Positions 13,548-25,000 of a stretch of 64,000 bases of DNA are shown piece by piece (position 1 is the first letter of the stretch; each line of letters starts with the position of its first letter). The DNA is from Aplysia californica (lineage: Eukaryota): positions 717,693-781,692 of the forward strand of contig NW_004797472.1 of assembly GCF_000002075.1 (NCBI RefSeq). Direction: 5' to 3'. A program made the position numbers and the translations under genes. Under the pieces are notes generated by a model, which was not told where the DNA came from, ran no database searches, and saw nothing but the letters and a program-made list of their open reading frames with translations.

Positions 13548-14340
13548 CAATAGACCACACCAGACCACGATCCTGGTCTCTTTAGAGACAATAGGCCACA
13601 CCAGACCACGATCCTGGTCTCTTTAGAGACAATAGACCACACCAGACCACGATCATAACAATAGACCACACCAGACCACGATCATAACAATAGACCAGAC
13701 CAGACCACGATCCTAGTCTCTTTAGAGACAATAGGCCACACCAGACCACGATCATAACAATAGGCCAAACCAGACCACGATCATAACAATAGGCCACACC
13801 AGACCACGATCATAACAATAGGCCACACCAGACCACGATCATAACAATAGGCCACACCAGACCACGATCCTGGTCTCTTTAGAGACAATAGGCCACACCA
13901 GACCACGATCCTGGTCTCTTTAGAGACAATAGACCACACCAGACCACGATCATAACAATAGACCACACCAGACCACGATCATAACAATAGACCACACCAG
14001 ACCACGATCATAACAATAGACCAGACCAGACCACGATCCTAGTCTCTTTAGAGACAATAGGCCACACCAGACCACGATCATAACAATAGGCCAAACCAGA
14101 CCACGATCATAACAATAGGCCACACCAGACCACGATCATAACAATAGGCCACACCAGACCACGATCCTGGTCTCTTTAGAGACAATAGGCCACACCAGAC
14201 CACGATCCTGGTCTCTTTAGAGACAATAGACCACACCAGACCAGGATCCTGGTCTCTCTAGACTCACAGGCTAGACAGACCAGGATCCTGGTCTCTCTAG
14301 ACTCACAGGCTAGACAGACCAGGATCCTGGTCTCTCTAGC
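13506..14340 (+). repeat. Tandem array of 29/41-bp units with higher-order structure
   Basis: Core ACAATAGRCCACACCAGACCACGATC followed by ATA or CTGGTCTCTTTAGAG, >20 units. Confidence 0.95.
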
Positions 14341-15877
14341 CTCTTCCTTTGAAAATAGTATTTGACTTGATTTACAACATAGGGGGTTTCAGGGGGCATG
14401 CCCCCGTCCTCCTGCATTTCACAACGATTTGATGTTTTGGCTAATAGGATAGATTTACTTCAAAAAAATTGATTTGCAAGGGTTTCAACAAAAATTATGG
14501 CAGTTTAGCACTCAAATCAATGCATCTGTGTGTGGGTGCATGAATAAAAATTTACGGAATATTCAGACATCTAAAAATCTCTTGCTCTAGAAATTGAATT
14601 CGATGCAATAAAATGCTTTTTCCCAGTCCTTGCAGAATGACTAAATGAAAGATGGCGCCGAATTCTGGCAAATAACCCAGAAAATCTGGAGAACGGAAAC
14701 CGTTCGAAGAAATAGAGTCCAAGTTTATTTTCCCGAACGTTCGAAAAAATAGTCACTTCGTAGAAAAAAAGTATATAAAACGTGTACATGAGATGGGTGC
14801 ATGAGTAAAAACAAACCTTTCTTTCTTTTATAGAATAAATTCAATTAAAAATGCAATGTCCTGAGTTATTATATAATACCTAGTAAACTAAGTTACACTA
14901 CACTGTTATTGTGTATCCATTATTCACAAAAGGGCCAACCCTGACATTTTCTGATAAAAAAAACCTGGTTTCTGATCAGTTGTAAAGTCTGCACCCGAAT
15001 GGGTTCTTAATGTCTTGTTACAACTCTCTCTCAAAAGTTTTATTGCTTCTTTCACTCTATTTTAGCATATTGGGAAAAGAATTATAAGGAAAAAATTCAT
15101 GGAGGTCCTGTATACACATGAAAGATCCCCTAGTGGTTGAAAATCTTAGACGAATAGGCTATTAAGCCACCACCCATGCAAAATTCAAAGTTAAATAAAG
15201 TACCTTGTGGAACGTGTGATCAAGGATGTCAAGATCTGACAGGAGGGAAGAGAAGCACTTGCAATCTACTTCCTTTACGTCCACATATAGGCAAAGCTCA
15301 ATCTGCTTTGAGATCGTTTGTCAAGAAGAAAAAGGTCATGTTGTTAGCGATCCAGTAGCATTTGAGTATTTTAACTCTTCTGCATGATGCTATTCTGTAA
15401 TAGCTGCATGTCTGTTCTAATTGTTGTCTTGAGGAGTAGAGGCAGTTAGATGTTTGGGGTAGTTTGGGAAGAAAACATCCCCTCTAATGGTCATAAAAAA
15501 GCAGACAATTTTAATTGTTTTTTTCTGATGCCAAATAAGTTATCACCATATTATTCTGTTTGTTGAAAGGAATTCAAATCTTACTTTAACTTATAGTGTG
15601 TACAAATTTCAATTTTCATTCGGAGCACAGGAACTTTAAGGGGTGCCCAGGTCTGTTCTGTAAAACAAAATAACTTTGAATTCGAATTCTTTTTTTGAGC
15701 TGTGGAAGGATCCATCAGCTCATTTACCTTCTGGTGTTGTCTCTCCACTTTTTTGTCCTGCTCATGCCAAACATAGTTACAATGTGTTTAAAATAAATCT
15801 GACCCGATGACTTTAGATTCTTCGAGGTTGTATTATGTAATGTTATTATTTGAATTTTCATTCTAATCTCTTATCAG

Positions 15878-16063
15878 ATACAAGACTCAACCTCCCGAAA
15901 TCTCAGAGGTGGTAGCCGGAGATCAGTCAGCGAAGAGAAAGTTCAAATATGAGGGACGACACAAGACTCAACCGATCACACCCACAGAGATGAAAGAGGC
16001 AGAGGCCACTACTACACCATCCACCAATCTCACACGCACTCCAGGGGGCTCCATAGCTGACCG
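15878..16063 (+). CDS. SVIL: supervillin exon (YKTQPPE...GGSIADR)
   Basis: ttatcag| acceptor and |gtatgc donor; TQP motifs. Confidence 0.85.
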
Positions 16064-19000
16064 GTATGCTCAACTGGTCTCCACATTTCTTGTTTTGTTT
16101 TAGTAAGGTATTACGGCGCTCGCAACTGCATGAGGTCATATGAGCGCCAAGGGGTGGATGTCAACAGAGAAGTCCAAACGGGGAATCAGTCTATAATTAA
16201 TGAATTAATTCAATAATCTGAATCTGCTGATGTGTTGGTTTAGGATTTGTTGAGACTGATAGAATTTTCAGTTTTTCTGACTTTGAATTGGACTGTCTTT
16301 TTGACTTCCTCCTTAAATTAGACATAGATATATATTAAGGATTATAAATTTGTATGTATTTCCTTTATTTGAAAAGAGTTAAATTCTTTTGCCCAAGTGA
16401 CAGATCTGTTTCCTCTTGGATTTGAATCTACCGCTCTGTGGTTAAGAAAAGTATAGAACCTTTACTTGTACAGATAAGTTCGTAAGCCAACTGCAAGTAC
16501 AGTAGAACCTTCTAACAACCACCTGTCGAAGACAATCACAGGTACAAATGAACACTTCCCACTTTGCCTCTTCCATTTTTTTTCTGTATTATAATGATGC
16601 TGTCTTATTCACCTTCATAAGATGAACGCTTTTCTCCATGACAGTGGGTGGTCATCTTGGGCAGGTCCAATTGTAGTATTTATCTAATAACACTTATGTA
16701 GGAATCAAAGTCCTGTATATTATCAAGTTGCTAAGATTTTTCAAGTAGTATCTATTAAGATCTGTGAAAAGTTATAACTAATACCTCAGTACGTTATAAT
16801 TTTAAAAATAATTTCTCAGCCTCAATCAGCTGAAAACAAGTGGTGAAGAGGAGTGGAGAAAGCGAGTTCGCAAAGATGACCCGGCACCGATGCCTGATGC
16901 TGTTGTCAAGCTCAGAGAAAAGCCCGGATCTGCAGCCAATCGTCCGTCCAGCATCGCAGATCGCCTCAGTGAGCTGGAGGTATCCAAGATGACGTGGAAG
17001 GACCGGGTGGAGGAGACCGATGTGAAGCAGTTTACAGTGGCTGGCAAACTCTCAAGTATGTGCTGTGTGCCCGCTGTAGATCCTCTGTTGTCTCATCAAC
17101 TTTTTAGAAAAATCTCACTCTAAAATTCAGTTCATATGATACCAAATATGAACGAATTAAAAGAAAAAGGGTTTCTGAAGAAGAATGTTTTATTTTGACC
17201 ATCTCCGGGTCCTGCTAGGAATCTTGAAGACACTTTTCTGAGAGGTAAGCCTCAAGAGCTCTACTTTTTCTGGAATTGTGCTATTTTATTAAAAGAATGT
17301 TGCTATACAGTTTAAATGATGTGCGCAGAAGTTCTTGAAGTGTGTGATTCATAATTTAGTTCTTCATGTCTTCGTTTAACTACCTTGTATTTGCAGCTTA
17401 ATGGTGTTCACTGATGCGCTAGTGTCTGTTGTTGCCTTTTGGCACTGTATCTTATTAATATAGCGGTTGGTTGGTGGGCGCTGTGGTGTGGTATGCTCTT
17501 TCTGCTTCATTCTGGTGTTTCTATTAGCCTGGTGGTACATGACCATTATCGTACCGACTCTCTATAAATTGTAGCTTTGTAGCTTGAGTTGGAACAACTT
17601 GATTTTAGAATGGGTTTTTTTTTACATCTAGAGGAATGTTTTCAGCTCGGTTTGAATGAAGCCTGTTCTGTCTGATGTGCTGTCAGTAGAGTCTTTCAGA
17701 GTGAGGTTAAGAGCTCACAGTGTGAATAGATGAGTACAAGACAACTTTGAGAAGGCTTGAAGCATGCTGCCTTACAAAGTAGTGGTGCAAAATAGTAGTG
17801 CAGTTTTATGTAGTGGTGTTTTGGAAATACTTTATACAGCGACAAAACACAGCTGATAAAAACCTGTAAATTTTTTGTCACGTCGAAAGGCTGAAGGACT
17901 AGAACCCAGATGGCCGCTGGAAAAGTAAAGTATGTAGTGGTGTACATTGGTATAGTTATTTTTTGGGGAAGGTTTTCCGTGTTTTGTTTTTCGAGACTAA
18001 CTACTCTAGGGGATTTTGAGGATGAAGAAAAGTGAACGTGGTTTGAGTATCAGTTTGTTGTTTGTGGGTTTTTTTTATTATTGTCTAGCTTTTATACGTT
18101 TTATTTACATTTGAGTGTTTATAACATGAGGTGATGTGAAAATTGGTAAAAGGTGTTTTATTTAAAATGTTTTAGCACTCTTTTCTCTTTCTCAAAGGAA
18201 TGGTCAGCATTTTTTTAACTGAAATTTTTCATACTCTGATTTAGATAGCTGTCGCTAGAGTTTTGTAGAAAGATGTGGGACTTGAGTGCATGCACATAGT
18301 TACTGTTTGCTTGAGGTGTCATTGTGCATGTTATCTGGCCATTTGCAGACAATGCAACAGAGAGTCCTCTGGTCAACAAGCTCAGAAGTCGACCGAAAAA
18401 AGAAGGTAAAAATCAAATTCCCAGTCTAATTACAATGAATCGTTTACTTTTATTTTTTTATTTTGCAGCCATTGTTGTTGTTATTTTTTATCTCTCAAAT
18501 GCATTAGGACAGTTATAAAGAAATTTGAACTGCTTTACGTATCTGTATATCCATCTCTGTCTCTATATATATACAGGTGAATCTACTCTAACCTCTACCT
18601 GTCTAATTCCCGGTGCCCTTTGCGGATGGGATCAGGTCGGGTCGGGGGGCGATCGCCAGACTCGTCGCCTGAAAACAAAAGCATTTGTTTTTGAAGGAAA
18701 ACAAAAGCATTTGTTTTTGAAGGGAGAAAGTAGTGCGTGATCGGCTTGTGCCACGATAGCCGCTTTGCGCCCTCAATCTGGCTAGCAAACAGATCAAACC
18801 CAATCCCCCAATGGGCACCCCGTATCAGACAATCACCTGTACAAATGACCTCTTTCCACTCCCCCCCATTACATTTTTTTTTAGGTATAATTATGACTCT
18901 GTCCTAGAGGACAACCTGTTTAAGATAACCACTTCTTATCAACATTGAGGGGCTGTTTTGGACAGTTTCAACTATGTATAATTTCAGAAGAATGGTGTTC

Positions 19001-22000
19001 TTAGATTGCCAAAGGGCCATTCTATACCAGCTTTTGCCTGATCATTTGTGGAGGGATCGTATTTAGAAATAGAATGATCACAGAAATTGGGAAATATGAC
19101 AGTTGAAAATCATTTCTTCGAAAAAAAAATAGAATTCTGAAATTCTTTTCATCTCTTATATTTCTCCCAAATGTGAACTATTTTTTGTCCGTGAACAATG
19201 GTTCTGTGGAAAAAAAAATAATCATGCCACCATTCCTAAGATTTAAAAAAAAGCTGTAAACCCCAATTTTTTTAACTTCTTTAATATCGATATTTTGTGT
19301 TTGGAAGGGGGTTAGGCTATTGTGTCTCCGACTGCTAAGATTATTTTAGGAGCTCCATCATTGTAGATGTATAAAGTTTGCGATGTATGTAATGAAAGTC
19401 TGTGGTATCCCTGTATGCAGCATGTTGTCCTGGTGTGCTGTAATTTTTGTCGCCCTCTGGTTGGTTTGAACTTTGTTATGTACTTTTAGAACACTTGCCT
19501 GATGCTTTACTCTTGCAGGGCCGGAAATTTTCATTTGCTCCGTCATTTTCCATAAAAGGGACCTGACGTCCCTTCATATATGCAGCTGAATCTGCTAATA
19601 CAGAGACGAGATTCTCCACTGGCACTCTGTCAACACAAAGTTGAATCATCCATAAGGGCAGAGAGGAGGGCCTTAATGGTGTACATTTTTTCAAAATATT
19701 AAGTGTATTTTTCCAAATCTATATTTAGCCTGCGAAAAGTTAAGTAAATTTCGAACTGATCAGTTTCGATCCCTGCTTTTGGGATTGTGATCAAATGGAT
19801 ATTATTTTGTGAAGGATGTGTTTCCACAACATTATATCTATGCCTAGGCAAATTTTATTGTTCTCTAGTCTTAGTTGATATTATGAATTGAAATGGGGAA
19901 AATTTGTAATGTCATATTAGGAGGAACTTAATGATGAACTGCAGCTATACTGTCGCTTATTATGTTCTTTTGAAGTGAGTGAGGAAAGTATTTTTTGACC
20001 TGAAACCAATTCTACAGGTTGGGGGTTTGAGGTTTCTAAAGTTGATGGTGGGTGGTTGGCGGGTGCTTTGGTGTGGTTTGCTTCTTCTTTCCTATCAAAC
20101 GTCTATCGTCTTTATCTCCCCTCCTTCTTTTTTGTGTTTGTTACTTGTAACGCCTCTAATTTTCGACACTTATGTGACCTTATTGTGTTGCAATTGCCGC
20201 AAAACACTTACTAAAACAAAAGTTGAGGTTTGAGGAGCGCTGGGGTGTCATGCATGTTGGGATGCTTGCGGTTATTGAGCAATGACATTNNNNNNNNNNN
20301 NNNNNNNNNNNNNNNNNNNNNNNNNNNNNNNNNNNNNNNNNNNNNNNNNNNNNNNNNNNNNNNNNNNNNNNNNNNNNNNNNNNNNNNNNNNNNNNNNNNN
20401 NNNNNNNNNNNNNNNNNNNNNNNNNNNNNNNNNNNNNNNNNNNNNNNNNNNNAGATGAAAAACACCTTTTATGTTTTTCTCTTTTTCTCATATTCCAAGT
20501 CACTGTATTGCTAAAAGTCATGTTATCAAATTTTCATTTACTGGATGGGTGTGATTTCATTTCTCCTTTTGATGACTGCCTGTNNNNNNNNNNNNNNNNN
20601 NNNNNNNNNNNNNNNNNNNNNNNNNNNNNNNNNNNNNNNNNNNNNNNNNNNNNNNNNNNNNNNNNNNNNNNNNNNNNNNNNNNNNNNNNNNNNNNNNNNN
20701 NNNNNNNNNNNNNNNNNNNNNNNNNNNNNNNNNNNCTCCTTCTTTCGCATTTTCTCTATCTCTTTTTCTCTCTTCCTCTTTCTATGTCAATCTATTTGTC
20801 TGTCTGTCTGTCTGTTTCCTCCCCCCCTCCCAATCCATCTGTCTCTCTCTTCTCTCCTGCCTCCCTCCCTCTACACTTACAACAAATTCCCTAACCATGA
20901 GTTTTCCCAAACTTTTATTTCACCTGCATGTTGAATGATTTTATCATCACAGTGTTCTCCCTACCCCCCGCCCCCTTTCTTTTGTCATTTTCCTCTGCGC
21001 CCCAGGTGACCCCAGTTCCAAGGAGACTACCCCTGTAACGTCCCCCGTGACCCCTACTAAAGAGTTTATTTCGAAGATCCCCATCCCGACTGAGATCATC
21101 TCAGGTAGGCATCTCTCTCAGACCGGCTCTGTGTCAGTCTCGTTCTCTTATCATTAGCAGTGGAGGTCATTGAGTAGTGAAGATAGTAGGACCCTTTTAA
21201 GCACAAGGGGGCTATCCCAAAAAATGCTGTTTTGAGAAATGGAAGGTAAAATTTTTGGACCCTTGTGTAGTTTCTTTAAAAGACAAGGAGAGTTTTCTCT
21301 ATAAAAAACAAATATATACACCAATGAAACCAAACTTCTCCTATAGGTAGGGCAATGCCCACTTTTGGTGTAGGTCAAGATTTCTGGAAACCCCCGAAAT
21401 CTGGGTTAGCCGCGCTTCAAAGTGACCCCAACTAAAGAGTTTATTTTGAAGATCCCCATCCCGACAGGGATCATCTCAGGTAGGTAGGCATCTCAGACCT
21501 CAGACCAGCTGTGGGTGGTCTGGTGTGGTTTGCTTTTTCTTTCCTGTCAAACATCTATCTCTTTATCTCCCCTCCTTTTTTTGTGTTTGTTACTCTTTTG
21601 TAACACCTCTTATCTGCGGCACTTACATGTCCTTATTGTCTTGCAAGTGCCGAAAACCTCTAATTAAAACAAAAATCTGACCAGCTAGCTCTGTGTCAGT
21701 CTCTCTCGCTTATCGTGAACAGTGGAGATCATTGAGCTGTGGAGATCATTGAATAGTGGAGATCATTGAGCTGTGGAGATCATTGAGTAGTGGAGATCAT
21801 TGAGTAGTGGAGATCATTGAGCTGTGGAGATCATTGAGTAGTGGAGATCATTGAGTAGTGAGGTCAATGAGTTTTTTCTGCTGAATTTTGTTCCTTTTCT
21901 GCAACAGTGTGACTGACCAGTGTGGGCTAAGAACAAAACGAGACAGAACGAAAATTCCCTACAATATGTGTTGCCTGTATTGTCCTGTCTTCTAAAATTG

Positions 22001-25000
22001 TGGTTATTTGAATACACATTTTGTCATGTCAATGACCCTGTTTTTTTAGTCCTTTTAAAGCATTTCTCTAATGGTGCAGCCTCTTTAGTGGAAGGCTCAC
22101 ACAGTTTCACAATAAGTATCTAGATCATTCAAACTGGCCATCTCAGCCCTGTGGGGTGACTTCCAATGTCTCAACCTATATAGTGCATTGCCCCTTTATT
22201 CTCATATTATTGTTTTGCCCTCTATTTCGGAGTGCTCACGTGCAGCTGGGTAAACGGAGAAAAATTGAATGAAACACAAAATGTGTCAACATAGACACCA
22301 GTCCAGTGAATTGGAAAATAAATGACTGTGATAATTAAATGAGTTTCCCATTTTCGTCAATGATCAAAGCCTTGATGTGATGATTTTAGCAATTATGAAG
22401 GCTTTTGAAGGCCAGAACAAAGAAGCCTATTGACCATATTATCATACATATCTTTCTGCTGAGATTCTCAATGGGTTTAGGCTTTGTTTAAGATTCTACT
22501 GTCATTTGATCATTGAACTGTACAAAGCTCAGTCATGTTGTCCAGTGGGTTGTTGGAGGGTGCTCTGGTGTGGTTTGCTCCTTCTTTCCTATCAAACGTC
22601 TATCGTCCTTATCTCTCGTCCTCTTTTGTGTTTGTTACTCTCTTGTAACCCTTCTAATCCTTGGCACTTATATGACCTTATTGTGTTGCAAGTGCCGTAA
22701 AACTCTTACGGAAAAGAAAAAAAAAAGATGTTGTCCATGAGAAATAAGTAATGCAATCCAGCTCTTCTTTGTATCATCCTGGTAGATCCCACGGTCGTGA
22801 TACAGACTGAGAGCACGAAGGTCACAATGGTCAAAAAGGTCACCCGAGGCGTGGCTGGTGGCGGGGATGAAGAGGAGAAGAAGGAGGCGGTGAAGGTGGA
22901 GGTTCCACTCATTGGAGAGGAGCTGGACACCTTCTTTGCTGTCAAGTCTATCGACGAAATCAAAGACAAAGTCGACATGGAAATTGACGACTTCAACAAC
23001 ATCTTTGTGGAATCTGAGGAAATGTGAGCCTTTTTCCCTTTCTTTTCTTTCAATTCACATGGCGTTATGGTTGTATGCTTAAGATTATTACCTTCCATAT
23101 ACCCTTTGCTGTGCCCCAGATAGACATGTAATTTATTTTTGGTAAGTGTTTTACAGTGCTCGCAACTGCATAGGGTCATATGAGCGCGCGGAACACATTA
23201 AACATTTTCAGTTGGAAGGAAATTTTGAATTTTGCCTGAATGGCGGGCGAAGTCTATTCTTATCGATTTTGGACCATCAAGAGATCTTTACGTGCGCAAG
23301 TTGCACATGGAACCTCTAAGATTTTTCACCCTTGTTTGAGAAGGTTATGTGTACAAACACTGTTCACACACGCCCACACACACACACACATACATACACA
23401 CACACATACATTACACGCACACGTGCGCACACATGCACACACAGACACACACACACACATCTACTTGCTTATCACATGCGCATGTTTACACATCTTTACG
23501 AAATGAGCACATACAAATACATAATAAAATAATATACACAATGTAATTCGCAAAATACATAAATGGATACTTGTCTTTCTAGATTGTCGACGGTGCGCAA
23601 GGTACGACCGTCTCGTCGGAAAAAGGCAAGCAGCATCAACCCTCTGAAGACCCTGTCCAAGAAGGTGGAGATTCAGACGGAGTACACCCAGGTCACACGC
23701 GGCGTTGCCGAGAAGGAGTTCAAACGCATGAAGAAGGAAAAATGTGAGAGCTGTTTGGTTGTCTTTCACGTTTATCCGCAGGACTTCCACCATTAAAGTC
23801 TTTTACTTATTGAAGATCTCAGCTTACAGGTCTTAATTAATGATTTATTTGACCATTTTTTACATTTTTGCTTGGGTGAGGAAGAAGGGGGGGGGGGGTA
23901 ATTTTTTTTCTTTTTTTGAGGGTCATCTTGTTGGAGATGTAGTTTGTTATCTAATGGTTATTACAATTCCAGACTTTATACTTTCCTTTTTTCCTCTTAG
24001 CTCTGATTTTTAGGGGATGGTTTCTCGTAGATTGTGTACTTTTGGGCTTAAAGGATTGTGATCTTAACTCTCCTGAAGTAATTGAAAACTGCATTGTGTA
24101 TGATACATTCTTAAGTACCCGCTTTCTTCTCTGCTTGCGGAGAGGAAAATTCTCAGGTATTCTCTCTTTCCTTTACCCTTCACATTTCTCTTCTTCTCCC
24201 CTTTGACCCCTCACATTGTCTCCTCCTCCCCTTTCCCCTTCCCCTCAATCCTCCATAGCTTCCCATATTTCAGCAGTCCTGTAGCATTCATTTCTTTTTA
24301 GTGTTTCCTTCGTTCTGATTTTGTTCTTAGTGAAGCATGACCTTAAGTTATACTTACACACTACAACTCAACAGCAACAGCATCCGCTGCAATAATAACA
24401 AGCTGCAAAGTTTGAAAATGTGTAAGCGTATGTACATTTTACAATCTTTAGCTTGTCAATTGTGTTGTAAAGAATCAGCTCAAATTATGATAGAAGTGTT
24501 AGTGTTGTGCTCAAAAAGTTTAAACAATGGGTGGTTGGCAGGTGCTCTGGTGTGGTTTGCTCCTTCTTTCCTATCAAACATCTATAGTCCTGATCTCTCC
24601 TCCTCCTTTTTTGTGTTTGTTTCTCTCTTGTAACACCTTTAATCTTCGGCACTTATATGACCTTATTGTTTTGCAAGTGCTGTAAACCACTTACTAAAAA
24701 AGATCGTATGTACATTCACAACCTTCAAAATGTCTGTTGTGTTGTAAAGAATGAGCCCAACTTACGATAGAAATGTTGGTGTGGTGCTCACAAGTTTAAC
24801 TCATTCAATGCAGAACGCTCCAGCAGTGAACTCCCCTCATATACTGGGCAGTTTTGTTATGGCAACTTGAAATTAGGTCTACCTTGGAAAATCGATCAAA
24901 ACTAGCGGGCTCAATGGCTGTTTGAGCACATGTCTCTTTTACCTTTCCCATAATGCATCACGATTAGTTCAAATAACTTGGTATGGATTAGATAGATTTA

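Larger units (their letters stand above)
13158..14347 (+). mobile_element. Non-autonomous Mutator-like (MULE) element
   Basis: 9-bp TSD TTTGAAAAT (13149-13157, 14348-14356). ~32-bp TIRs GGAAG..GAGACCAGGATCCTGGTCT. Contains a transposase 5' fragment. Confidence 0.85.
12311..14810. mobile_element. Foldback-like long inverted-repeat element(s), host of the MULE
   Basis: 12311-12645 is the reverse complement of 13065-13157 plus 14349-14541. 12655-12730 is inverted at ~14680-14750. Confidence 0.65.

Noticed and set aside
13506-14340. CRISPR-like regularly spaced repeats
   Set aside because: No unique spacers (only two alternative linkers), no cas genes, eukaryotic context, and bounded by MULE TIRs and TSD
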